Under the pieces are notes generated by a model. It was not told where the DNA came from. It ran no database searches and worked only from the letters and a program-made list of their open reading frames with translations. This document shows, piece after piece, positions 1 to 10,278 of a stretch of DNA of 64,000 nucleotides (within the stretch, counting starts at the first letter, position 1; each line of letters starts with the position of its first letter). Origin of the DNA: an uncultured Methanoregulaceae archaeon (lineage in GTDB: Archaea > Halobacteriota > Methanomicrobia > Methanomicrobiales > Methanospirillaceae); the NCBI GenBank assembly GCA_963841015.1, contig CAWJAX010000003.1, positions 544,001 to 608,000 of the forward strand, written 5' to 3'. The position numbers and the translations under genes were made by a program.

Positions 1-439
1 GGTCAGCGAACTTGGCTTTCCCATCCGTGTAGGGGGTGATATGATTGTTGGTCGTGATCAGGGCACGGTTATTCTGGAGCAGCAGAAGAGCCATCCGCTG
101 GTACGCACCGGACCATCGATCGGTCAGCTTTGCCTCTTTTGTTTTTATTTCCTGTATCTGTGAAGCCATCAGATCTGTCAATCTCTGATCGGCCTCATTC
201 TTGAGGGAGAACAGCTTTTCTTTCCGGTAATTCTGACCAAAGACCAGGTATAAAAAAAATCCGAGGAACGGCAGCAATAACAATGCCAGAATCCACGCAA
301 CTGCACGTGTCGGGTTTTTTCTCTCAACAAACACAATCGTGATGGCAAAAAAAACATTTACGACAAAAAATATCGGATACAGGAAATAGTAGATTGCCTG
401 CAGGAAATCCCATATCTGGACAACAAGATCAGAAACCAT
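1..439 (-). CDS. cls: Cardiolipin synthase / phospholipase D family protein, 5' part (runs off window start)
   Basis: Manual translation from ATG 439: MVSDLVVQIWDF...ERKNPTRAVAWILALLLLPFLGFFLYLVFGQNYRKEKLF...NNHITPYTDGKAKFAD, i.e. the PLDc_N two-helix domain followed by the typical N..I..Y.DG..KF segment. HKD motifs lie outside the window. Confidence 0.8.
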   Translation of the reverse strand, partial: MVSDLVVQIWDFLQAIYYFLYPIFFVVNVFFAITIVFVERKNPTRAVAWILALLLLPFLGFFLYLVFGQNYRKEKLFSLKNEADQRLTDLMASQIQEIKTKEAKLTDRWSGAYQRMALLLLQNNRALITTNNHITPYTDGKAKFAD

Positions 440-721
440 AGTAAACCTCACCACAGGGTGATTTCAAACACCGTTTAGGGATAGTGGAATACCATATCCT
501 AAATAGTTTGCTTTTTTTAGGAGATTTGGAAAATATGAAAACCAGATCCTTTTCATGAAAGATCCCCTTTATCGTAAATGATATGATATTTTTGCAGCCG
601 GATAAAAAATCTGAGCAAATTTTTAATCGATTATCATTACGATAATCGAATTATCTGATTGAGTTAAAAACAAGTTAAAAATGAAAATAACCCGGAATAA
701 TGCCGGGGCAAAAGGGAAAAA

Positions 722-820
722 TTATTTTTTCTCTTCTTTCTTTTCTTCTTTTGCGTCTTTTTTATCGTCTCTTCGTCCTTTTACAGCCTTGACTGCGGCT
801 ACTTTACCAATTAGTCCCAT
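722..820 (-). CDS. Small 32-aa Lys/Glu-rich protein of unknown function (not in ORF track)
   Basis: MGLIGKVAAVKAVKGRRDDKKDAKEEKKEEKK*; GAGGAGG Shine-Dalgarno at 830-836 and TTTTATAA box at 902-909 on the minus strand. Confidence 0.65.
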   Translation of the reverse strand: MGLIGKVAAVKAVKGRRDDKKDAKEEKKEEKK

Positions 821-1201
821 TCGGTGTTCCCTCCTCAGCTCAACGTTTCAGTAAAGACTTACTGTCTTTTGATGTTGGGCTAATAGATACTTCCGTTGTT
901 ATTATAAAACTTTATTTGCAATTTGCAAAAATTAGAAGTTTTTTTTTGAATGGGATGGGAAAATAATTGATTCTTAAAATTCTTTTCTCCTGATATCTGC
1001 CTTTCATGGGGCTCCTGCTGCTATGGAATCCCCTGGTAGTGATTGCATCCACACGGGTTCCAATGTCGGTTCCCTATCAGAAAAGAGGTTGAAAGAAAGA
1101 GGTTTTCTCATTTCGGTTTTTCAGTATTGCCTGCAACTACAGGACTGAACTTTCCGAAAGTATGGAGATTCTCACCGGTAAAAAAAATCAATGTCTCAGT
1201 C

Positions 1202-2518
1202 TCATCGCTTTTTCATCAGGATTACGGATACCAAACCCACAAGAGAGAGGGCAACAATGATCGTCATCAGAGACACAGGGGATGCAGTGGTTGGCTGAGC
1301 AACGGGGGTGAGGGCAGCATTGATTACTACCGTCTGCCCGGGGCTTATCGAGCCAGAATCGGTATAGGTTTTATAGCCCTGCATCCGGATTTCAATCGTA
1401 TAGGATTTTGTTGCATCTAGGGGTACATTCTCGAGAGATAACGGGGTGACACCCTTATAGGCATTGTTAATGTAGATATCTCCCCCGCTTGGCTGGGAAT
1501 AGATCTCTGCACTTGCAGTTGTTGGTTTCGCGGAAGCAGGCTGAAGAACCGCCGCTACCTGTGCTGTCGTTCCTGCCACGATCTTTGCAGTTGTCGTGTA
1601 ATCCTGGTATCCTGATTTTTTCAGGACCGTGGTATAGGTTCCGGGAACCAGCGATGTGATGTACAGAGGACCGGAAGAGCGGGTTTCTCCCTGGTAATCT
1701 CCGTTGAGATAGACCGAAGCTCCGGTGGGTGTTGAGGAGACGTCAAGATCACCAGTCGTCGGGCTCGAGATAGGGGAGAGTGTAGCAGACAGGGAGGTGG
1801 TCTGTGCATTGTATACCGTAGCGGTCTGGGTAAAATCCTTATAGCCGGATTTTTTCAGGGTTACCGTGTGAGTACCAACAGCAAGGTTGCCGACTATCTG
1901 GTTAGTGTATCCCTGGTAGATGGTATCCACATACAGGCTTGCCCCAACGGGAAGTGAGGTAACTGAGATTGACCCGTATTGCGCATTCGGTACCAGGGTG
2001 GCGTACACATTGCTTGTTCCACCTGGTTTCACCTCGATGCTGGTAGAGTAGAGCTGGAACCCTGACTTTGACACCTGAACATTATGCCATCCTGTGCTGA
2101 CTGCATTGAACGTCCCGGGAGTGGTAAGCTGGTCATATCCGTTATCCAGGATCGCAGACGCACCCGAAGGATTGGAATTCACGTAGATGTTTCCTGTCTG
2201 GACAACCGGGACTAAGCTTGCGTGAACGGGGATGTGTTGTCCCACTGCAGGATTCCCGGAAAAATACTGACTCCATGGCTGATACCCCGCTAAATTGACG
2301 GCGATCGTATGGCCCGGAGTTCCCGTGACATACACGGTTGCCGTGGTTGGTGTATTTCCAACCGGCGTACTGTCAACCGTAACAGCTGCACCACTGGGAT
2401 ATGACGTGATGTCATAAAATCCTGCATCTCCACCAATAGGAGGCATGACAACAGCCGCGGATGTTATCCCTATCATCGCAATTGCGATAATGAGCATTAC
2501 CAGAAACTTCGTTTTCAT
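1202..2518 (-). CDS. PEGA-domain cell-surface protein
   Basis: Signal peptide MKTKFLVMLII..., about five repeats of S.P.GA.V..D/N....G.T...G.H.V.L.K.GY, C-terminal TM helix plus KKR. Start moved to ATG 2518, which lies just downstream of a TATA box. Confidence 0.88.
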   Translation of the reverse strand: MKTKFLVMLIIAIAMIGITSAAVVMPPIGGDAGFYDITSYPSGAAVTVDSTPVGNTPTTATVYVTGTPGHTIAVNLAGYQPWSQYFSGNPAVGQHIPVHASLVPVVQTGNIYVNSNPSGASAILDNGYDQLTTPGTFNAVSTGWHNVQVSKSGFQLYSTSIEVKPGGTSNVYATLVPNAQYGSISVTSLPVGASLYVDTIYQGYTNQIVGNLAVGTHTVTLKKSGYKDFTQTATVYNAQTTSLSATLSPISSPTTGDLDVSSTPTGASVYLNGDYQGETRSSGPLYITSLVPGTYTTVLKKSGYQDYTTTAKIVAGTTAQVAAVLQPASAKPTTASAEIYSQPSGGDIYINNAYKGVTPLSLENVPLDATKSYTIEIRMQGYKTYTDSGSISPGQTVVINAALTPVAQPTTASPVSLMTIIVALSLVGLVSVILMKKR

Positions 2519-2543
2519 AATAGATCTCAACTGGATTTTTAAA

Positions 2544-2551
2544 TTTATAAA
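2544..2551 (-). promoter_or_regulatory. TATA box of PEGA gene 1 (probably leaderless transcript)
   Basis: TTTATAAA about 26-33 nt upstream of ATG 2518; the context is conserved upstream of the paralogue (4432-4462). Confidence 0.55.
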
Positions 2552-2999
2552 CGAATCGCTATTCTCCTTAAAAATAATGCCTTTAAAAAAAGATTCTGGC
2601 AAGTCTGCTATTTTGCACACATGCGTATTAAACAAGGGTAAAGTGTAATTTTAACCCCCTAAATTTTTCATAAAATCTTCGGAAAATAATACTCTAATCG
2701 ATAGTTTTCATGCTCCTGGGGGCTTTTTTTAAAGCCTCCACCCCCGCCGCTGTGGCGACCCCATATCGCGATAGACCCGAATACAGGACAACACGAAAAG
2801 AATGCTTGAAAATCATAGTCACTTTTTTCATTCCAGTTGTAGTTACATAATTTTTTTTAAAAATGTCGTCGTGAGAATAAAAAAATTTACAGGCTAGATC
2901 GGTACATTACCCTAAACAAAAGTATACTAAAATGGATAACCTGAATTTTAAGTTCAGAAGTTCTCATCATTAAAAAAAATAATCAGGGTCTTTTTAGCC

Positions 3000-4422
3000 T
3001 CATCGCTTTTTCATCAGGACTACGGATACCAGACCCACAAGAGAGAGAGCAGCAATGATCGTGATCAGAGAGACAGGGGATGCCGTGGTTGGCTGTGCCA
3101 CAGGGGTTAAAGCCGCGTTGATTACCACATTCTGCCCGGGGCTTATCGAGCCGGAGTCGGTATAGGTTTTATAACCGTCAAGCCGTAGTTCAATCGAATA
3201 CGTCTTTGTTGCCTCTATCGGCACATTCTCGAAAGATAACGGGGTGACACCCTTATAGGCATTGTTGATGTAGACACCGGCCCCGCTGGGCTGGGAATAT
3301 ATCTCTGCGCTCGCGGTTGTTGGCTTCACCGTCGCAGGCTGGAGAGCCGCTGATACCTTCGCCGTTGTTCCTGCCACGATATTCGCAGTTGTTGAATAAT
3401 CATTGTATCCTGATTTTTTCAGGACCGTTGAATAGGCTCCAGGAGAGAGTCCGGTGATGTAAAGAGGGCCGGAGGAACGTGTTTCTCCCTTGTAAGCACC
3501 ATTGAGATAGACCGAAGCACCGTAGGGTGTTGAGGAGACGTCGAGATCACCGGTGGTCGGGCTTGCGAGCGGGGAGAGCGTGATAGACAGGTACGTAGTC
3601 TGTGCATTATTCACCGTGGCCGTTTGTGTATAATCCTGGTAGCCGGATTTTTTCAGGGTCACGGTGTGGGAACCCACGGCAAGGTTGCTCACGATCTGGT
3701 TGGTGACCCCCTGATAGATGGTATCCACGTACAGGCTTGCCCCGGTCGGATTTGAAGATACTGAAAGTGAGCCGTATTGCTTGGTCTGAACGAGGGTTGC
3801 GTACACGTTACTTGTTTCTCCCGATCTCACCTCTACACCCGTTGAGTAGACCTGGTACCCGGATTTTGATACCTGGATCTCGTGCCAACCGACAGGAACC
3901 GCATTGAATGTTCCCGGCGTGGTAAGCTGGTCATATCCATTATCGAGGACCGCAGAAGCACCTGAAGGATTGGAATTTACATAGATGTTTCCTGTCTGGG
4001 GAACCGGGTTGAGGGTGGCAAAAACGCTGACTGTCTGATCGACAGCCGGGTTCCCGGAATAAAACTGGCTCCAGGTCTGGTAGCCGGATTTGGAAACCGA
4101 GATAGTGTGGTCGGGAGTCCCGGTAGTACTCACGGTAATCGTAACCGGAGTTAATCCATAGTTTGTGCCATCGAATAGTACACTTCCCCCGGTAGGGTCT
4201 GAACTTACCTTGTAGTATCCCTTCTGGCTGCCAGGAGGGGGAGTGGGGGTTGGTGTCAGCTGTTGGAATAGGGGTTGGTGTCGGGGTCGGGGTCGCAGTC
4301 GGTACATCAGCCGGAAGAGTGCTGACTGCCGGTACATCAGCGGGAAGAGTACTTACTGCCGCTGACACTATTCCATTCATCGCAATTACGATGATAAGCA
4401 TTACCAGAAACGCCTTTTTCAT
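3000..4422 (-). CDS. PEGA-domain cell-surface protein, paralogue of 1202..2518, frameshifted near 4240-4260
   Basis: ORF 3940..4422 supplies the signal peptide and Pro/Thr linker; ORF 3000..4337 supplies the PEGA repeats and anchor. The junction lies in G-runs. Confidence 0.85.
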
Positions 4423-4723
4423 AATACGATGAACTGGATTTTTAGATTTATATAAGAATCGCTTTGTTTCAAAAAAAGAAGATTCAGGTTCCCTTCTTGA
4501 TTGAATCAGGTTATTAACTGGATCAGGAATACACGGATAATTGTCCCGAAACTGTCAATAACTGCAAAAATTCCGAAGCTCATAGGGCTGGTACGCAGCA
4601 CCGATCAAGGGGTTTGCCATCAGGACAATCACGAAGAGGGTTCCAAGGATCACTTCGCCTCATTCGCCACTTTTCCTAATCACAAAAGAGACGAGAAATA
4701 AATATGGTTTTTTTTATTCCCCC

Positions 4724-5590
4724 TCATAGGGGATTTACCTTCAGGCCAGCTGATTTGTATATCAGGATCTTTGTTCCCGTTGAATTAAAGAGCGTGAGCT
4801 CATCGCCGGAAATTTCATACTTCGCTGCTGTTGGCAATAACGAGAAGTACTGGGTTTCCTGCTGCATAACCGGCTCTGCACATGCCATCCTCGTAGAGGC
4901 AGGCTGGGTGATGGTAATGCCATTTGACCCAGGAGTTGTGTACGCTGCAGAATACTCATTACACCCTCCTGAACCGGAAAGTTTCCCGTTCGATCCGAAT
5001 ACCGCAGAAGTCTTACTCCCTGCAGTCACTGACTGGATACCTCCCTTGCCATTGTTATAATTGAACAGGTACCAGGTGCCGGTGATCGGGATACTCACTG
5101 CCTTTTTGTAGATCAGGAGTTTCACACCGGTTTTATCGAACAGGGTGAGCTGATCACCGGATATTTCGTACTTCGTTGCCTGCGGGAGTAACGAAAGGTA
5201 CTGGGTCTCCTGTTGCATGACTGGTTCCGCACAAGCCATTAGTGTCGTTATAGGCTGGGTGATGGTGATACCATTCGATGCTGTGGTTGTGTACTCTGCA
5301 TTATACTGATTACACCCGCCTGAGCCGGAAAGTTTCCAGTCAGCACGGAAATCCGCGGTAGTCTGGCTTCCCGTACTTACTGTCTGAATACCTCCTTTGC
5401 CATTATTATAAGAGTCCAAATTCCAGACACCAACAATCGAAGATTGTGATGCAATGGGTTGTGTCACGACGGGTAATTGAGTCGCGACTGGTGCCGGGGT
5501 AGTTGGTGGTGTAGCAGGCTGACTAGTGCATCCTGCAAAGCAAACCATAAGCATAACAATGCCCAGAATCAACAGAAGTAATTTTTTCAT
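4724..5590 (-). CDS. Lipoprotein with two META (HslJ-like) domains
   Basis: Lipobox FAGC; two copies of W.L..Y...LSGSGGCN.Y.A.Y...T.MACAEPVMQQETQY.SLL. Confidence 0.85.
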   Translation of the reverse strand: MKKLLLLILGIVMLMVCFAGCTSQPATPPTTPAPVATQLPVVTQPIASQSSIVGVWNLDSYNNGKGGIQTVSTGSQTTADFRADWKLSGSGGCNQYNAEYTTTASNGITITQPITTLMACAEPVMQQETQYLSLLPQATKYEISGDQLTLFDKTGVKLLIYKKAVSIPITGTWYLFNYNNGKGGIQSVTAGSKTSAVFGSNGKLSGSGGCNEYSAAYTTPGSNGITITQPASTRMACAEPVMQQETQYFSLLPTAAKYEISGDELTLFNSTGTKILIYKSAGLKVNPL

Positions 5591-5829
5591 AACTCAATTA
5601 GACAGAACCATTCCACTTAAACGTTTCTTTATGTTTCAAAAAATGTGAGATTACTTTGATCGTCTTGTTCTTCACCAATGGCTCAATTTAAAAATTTTTT
5701 TAAAAAAAAGAAAGGGATTATAAGAATAAGAGCCGGAAAAAATTACATTTTTACAATATGAAGGTATTTTCATCCTTCGAGGTTATCCACCTTAATTATT
5801 TTTTTTGGCAATTCCCCCAAAAATCCTTC

Positions 5830-7111
5830 CTAATCTTTCACCATCACATTCGTACGTGTTGGTGATTCCATAACTTCCTTGAGTTCCGGTGCATCGGCCG
5901 GCAACGATGCCATTTTTCTGGCATACCAGGTGATGGCCGGGTTTGCCGAAATACCGTGTGCAAAGACACTGAATAAAACAGTTGTACTCACTACCACGGC
6001 AATGGTCTGCAATCCGGGTATGTCCGGGGCTTCGTTGAGCGTTATGAGCAGCAGGACAATCGAAGCCAGTCCCCGCGGGCCAAACCACCCGATGAACAGG
6101 ACTGAATCCGTTTTTAATCCGGTTTTTACTAAAGAAAGTGCTACCGGAAGTATCCGGATGAGGGTGAGACTCAGAACTGCATAGAGGATAACAATTTGAG
6201 TGATGCCGGACAGGAGACTTGCTGCAATTACCCCAAAGATGAAAAATACGCCAAGACTGAAAATTTCTCCATCGGTGGAGGTAAATTTTATGATCGATTC
6301 ACCGACTCCCCTGCCCGCGAGAGAGGTAGCCAGTCCCCCCACAAATGCAGCAATGAAACCACTTCCTCCCACCGCGGTTGCAGCAGCATAGGAAATCACT
6401 GCGAGGGCCAGAAAGCCAATCCACTGGAATCTCCCCCGCATCAATCCCTTTTCTATGGCCTTGTTGACGAGATATCCCCCTGCAAGGCCAACAATGAGTC
6501 CTACAAGAATGCCAAAACCTATCTGCTCAAGGGCAAATATGACCCACTCGCTGGCGGGAACAGCGAGGCTCTTCTGCCTGGGCAAGAACCAGAAAGAAGG
6601 CAAAAAACGGGATTGCTCCCCCGTCATTGAGTCCGCTTTCCACGTTCAGCGCCTGTCGTATGCTGGCCGGGACTTTTGGACTATTGACAATCATCTGGCC
6701 AAGTCCGGCATCTGTTGGTGCAAGAATTACTCCTATCAGCGCTGCTTCAGCCAGGGAAAGATCGGTAAAAAGCAGTATTGCTATAACTGCCCCTAAAAAA
6801 ATCGTCAAAGGAAGACCTATTCCCAGTAATCGCGATGGAAAACTCCAGTTTCCTTTCAATTTACGGAAATCCAGGCGGGATGCGTCAGAAAAAAGGATTA
6901 ATACCAGCGCAATTTCTGCAAATACCAGTATTAACTCACTATTTTCACTCAGGGGGATGATATCCAGTCCCTCCGGACTGACCAGCAGACCAATCGCCAC
7001 AAAGATCATCGGGGCAGTAACCATTGACCCTTCGAGGCGATGCGAGACAAGAGAATAGGCAAAAAGTGCAAGGGTAAAAATGATGACACCGATGAGGATC
7101 AGAGACAGCAT
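5830..7111 (-). CDS. CPA1/NhaP-type cation:proton antiporter, frameshifted near 6570
   Basis: LAPTDA, NVESGLNDG and WFGPRGLASIV motifs split over ORFs 6527..7111 and 5830..6627. Confidence 0.85.
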
Positions 7112-7269
7112 ACCTAACGAACTAATACTTACGATGAAATCTATAAAAAAGTGCGTTTTATTTCGTGAGGATAAGGTGGTGCCATTCCAGGGATCAATAA
7201 CGTAGAGAATCGGGCAGATAACGAAGGAAAAAAGAAAAAAAATAGATTTTTTTAGAGAAGGTCCACGAT

Positions 7270-7662
7270 TTACTGAGGAACCCCGAATGCCTGCTTGGTG
7301 CCGGGTAACAGGCAGTAGATCAATATCAGTCCGCTGATGATGATAATCGGTGCCATTGCCTCCCAGGATGATCCTCCCAGCACGCAGATGATTCCGTAAA
7401 TCAGGTCAAAGATGGCAATCAAAACCATGAACATCCATCCCTGGGGCTGGACTTCCCACAACATACGAAATACCGCGAGCCAGATGAAGAATAACAGACC
7501 CCAGAAAAATGCCCCGATAAGGCTGAACTGGTAAAATGCAATCGGTCCAAGATAGGTGGGAAGCAGATGTAACATCTGCAACGTATAGATCAACGCGTTA
7601 ACCGCACCGAGAATAGCCAGAAAGGCCAGAATTGTAACGCCAATAGGTCGTTCTTTTGCCAT
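7270..7662 (-). CDS. Four-TM membrane protein of unknown function
   Basis: 130 aa, RPIGVTILA N-terminus, hydrophobic helices, GGAGTGA ribosome-binding site upstream. Confidence 0.75.
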   Translation of the reverse strand: MAKERPIGVTILAFLAILGAVNALIYTLQMLHLLPTYLGPIAFYQFSLIGAFFWGLLFFIWLAVFRMLWEVQPQGWMFMVLIAIFDLIYGIICVLGGSSWEAMAPIIIISGLILIYCLLPGTKQAFGVPQ

Positions 7663-7825
7663 AATTCAATCACTCCTTTAAGGAGGAATATTACGACGGC
7701 GGAGTATAAATACGTGGCGAAATCCGGCCAGAAAGAGCCATCAAAGTCGATAAAACGAAAAATACCATGATTTCGTGCACTATCCGGAAATATGGTGAAC
7801 AGAAAAAAAGATTGTTTCAGGATTA

Positions 7826-8098
7826 TTAACCAAGGAGCTTCTTCTTGGCAGCGGAAAACTCTTCGTCTGTCAGCACACCCGATTTGTGCAGGTCCGCCAG
7901 TTTTTGCAGCTCGGCGGTGACATCCTTGGCGGGTGCCGCTGCTGGTGCAGCGGGTGCCGCAGCCATGGCTTCGGTTGCACCCTGCTGCTTAGCCTGCTCT
8001 ACTGCTGCCTGCTGCTGCTGTTGGGCTGCAGCCTGCTGCTGGGCCTGTTGCTGCCCCATTTTCATCCCTGCAACAAGCATTAATCCTCGTCCTCTCAT
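7826..8098 (-). CDS. SHOCT-domain protein with Gln/Ala-rich linker
   Basis: C-terminus ELQKLADLHKSGVLTDEEFSAAKKKLL is a typical SHOCT motif; GGAGG SD lies within the end of the upstream gene. Confidence 0.85.
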   Translation of the reverse strand: MRGRGLMLVAGMKMGQQQAQQQAAAQQQQQAAVEQAKQQGATEAMAAAPAAPAAAPAKDVTAELQKLADLHKSGVLTDEEFSAAKKKLLG

Positions 8099-8099
8099 T

Positions 8100-8571
8100 T
8101 TACTTACCTCCTTTGGTAATTAATTTCTGCTCCACACTTCTGATTATTTCTGACGGGATACGACCCTGACTGACCAGTTCTGCACCTGAATGGAGGAGCG
8201 CTTCCTTGAAATGGATTGCCCATGTGTTCTCGAACAAAAGAATTGCAGCAGAGTCTGTTCTTTGGTAAATCTGCTGCAATCGCTTCAAGATCATCAATTG
8301 AGAACCATTCGGCATCGCTCATTGCCTGGGCGAAAGCGCTGAATGCATCTCCGGTATGTTTTCCCATATCCTTTGCTTCCGTGATCAAGATGTTTCCTTT
8401 TGTATCCTTTAACACGAATGCCAGATCTATGATGCGGATGATTTTATTCCTTTCAAGGTTGGAAAGCTCAGGGGCTATCTCACCACTGAACTTGTTCCCG
8501 GGAAACTTTACTACAAGATAGTCTACCGGGCCCATGATTTTACCGGGCTTATTGGTACCTTTTTTTGTCAT
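8100..8571 (-). CDS. DUF6325/DUF1269-like protein, frameshifted near 8258
   Basis: MGPVDYLVVKFPGNKFSGEIAPEL...IIRIIDL in one frame; SAAILLFENTWA...GAELVSQGRIP in the other. Confidence 0.75.
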
Positions 8572-8805
8572 ACTACTCCTTTTCTTTGCCTCTCGATTAT
8601 TGGAGCCGGCATAAGATACTGGTGGATATTCGTAAATAAATATACTGCGATAAATTACAGAGATTGAAAAGTACTGTCCCTGTCATCAACCTGCCATAAA
8701 CATCCGAAAAAACTCCGGTTTTGTCCGGCACATTGCATTTACCAGAATCCAAACTCCTCAGAACACAATTTTAGAATTTTAAAAAGGGGATTATTTAAAA
8801 TGGTA

Positions 8806-9441
8806 TTAGAGTTTTGGGAGCAAGGCGGCAGTTGAGCTCATAAATGCGATGATGACTGCAGACCAAAGACCCATAAGAATGATTACAAGAGTTACCGGTA
8901 TGAGTACAACCAGAACAGCTTTTCCGAGTTCCATTTCGTGGTTTTCCTTGAGACCAATAACCAGAAGGACGAGATACCAGATATACGCAATAATTGATAC
9001 AAACGGGATCCAGCCAAAGAGCAGAAACGGGGTTGCTGCGTACATCGTTGTCTTTATCGTCTGCCGGAAACCTTTCTCTCCACCCAATAGCAGGACAAAC
9101 GCATGGAAAAACAGACCCGAGACAAATATGCCTAACAGGCAAATGAGGAACACGAGATAGACAAAGAGTACTCCCAGGGCAATGACAAAGCCGGAGAAAT
9201 TCGCAACAGCACCCGCTGCAACGCCTCCGATGATTGGGAAGGCCCCCATCGTATCAACCATGGAGGTGAAGGCGGCAAGGCCCATGCTCACTACAACAAT
9301 TCCATACAGGACGGTGAAGATTACGAGGAGGGCTACATAATACTGGTAGGCTGCACCAAGGGATTTTCCGTTTGTTTTTTTAAAGGTCTCCGTGGGAGAC
9401 ATGAGGAATCCCTTCATTTCAGTCATAAAGTCGTTGAACAT
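8806..9441 (-). CDS. Yip1-family membrane protein
   Basis: L.SP.ETF N-terminus, GG...F.QT....Y..TP..L.GWIP, GL...H.....KA pattern. Confidence 0.8.
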   Translation of the reverse strand: MFNDFMTEMKGFLMSPTETFKKTNGKSLGAAYQYYVALLVIFTVLYGIVVVSMGLAAFTSMVDTMGAFPIIGGVAAGAVANFSGFVIALGVLFVYLVFLICLLGIFVSGLFFHAFVLLLGGEKGFRQTIKTTMYAATPFLLFGWIPFVSIIAYIWYLVLLVIGLKENHEMELGKAVLVVLIPVTLVIILMGLWSAVIIAFMSSTAALLPKL

Positions 9442-9561
9442 AATGGTTAAGATAACAACCACAAGGTATATAATACTTAACGTGTCAATCCGCAGAAAAA
9501 AGCGGGTTTTACTCCTTAACAATTCATCCGGGGTATTTGTTTTTTTAAAAAAAAGATACTA

Positions 9562-9762
9562 TCAGATAAGCCCGAAAAACACTATTCCTCCCGTTATGAC
9601 AAAGACAATCAGGATGACCACACCTATCTTGGTCTGGCATTTATGACATATTCCTGACGGGGTGGGGTGTTCAGGATAGACGTACTTTTCTTTACACAGA
9701 TGACAGGCAGCAGCTGGCTTTCCATCATCGTGTTTTTTTGAATCATGGTGTTTGGCACTCAT
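9562..9762 (-). CDS. Small protein with CxxC..CxxC motif and C-terminal TM helix
   Basis: MSAKHH...CHLC...GICHKC followed by a hydrophobic tail. Confidence 0.65.
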   Translation of the reverse strand: MSAKHHDSKKHDDGKPAAACHLCKEKYVYPEHPTPSGICHKCQTKIGVVILIVFVITGGIVFFGLI

Positions 9763-10242
9763 GGCTAGAGATAGGAAATAATCGGATATTAACATGAGTA
9801 TTGGTAAACGAGGTCTAACGCCAGAATCTCGAAGGAACGAGAGATATCCTGGAGCTCAATGTCGATAGATCGTGCCAGACACTGATGGGAAGGATCTCCG
9901 GGCAGATGGCTTGCTTTTCCCGGAATTTCCTTTCTGATTTCCCTTTTTTATTAATGCGAAATTGAGATCCGTACGAGCTCTGATAAACCCCTGTCTGATG
10001 CATTCCACTTGCAGTATTTACCTGGAAAAAGTGGTCCTGAAGAAAAAGCAATATTTCGCGTCATTCATAGAAGAAGAATTTTCCGATCTTTGCCTCAAAA
10101 CAGGTGTTCTTTTCCTGCTGACCGTGCTATCCCACCAGACCCTTGTAGTTTCGCCTCCCGATAGGTGCTATTAGCGGTGATTTTCTGCGTCGATTCAGCC
10201 CAGTATAGCCCAATTGGCTGTAGAATGGAGTATTCCGAAAAT

Positions 10243-10278
10243 ATTAGTGCTGTTTTTTTGCGAATTAGTGCTGTTTTT
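10243..10278. repeat. 15-bp direct repeat ATTAGTGCTGTTTTT x2, 21-bp period
   Basis: Copies at 10243-10257 and 10264-10278 in the intergenic region upstream of cbiT. Confidence 0.7.

Noticed and set aside
2694-2831. 45-aa minus-strand ORF across the GC-rich intergenic element
   Set aside because: No SD or family features; more likely a by-product of the non-coding element.
4240-4365. Short tandem repeats (27-bp duplication and GGGGTC units)
   Set aside because: Coding Pro/Thr linker of PEGA gene 2; no spacer structure.
7930-8055. CTG/GCT-rich repeats
   Set aside because: They encode the Gln/Ala linker of the SHOCT protein; not a CRISPR array or satellite.
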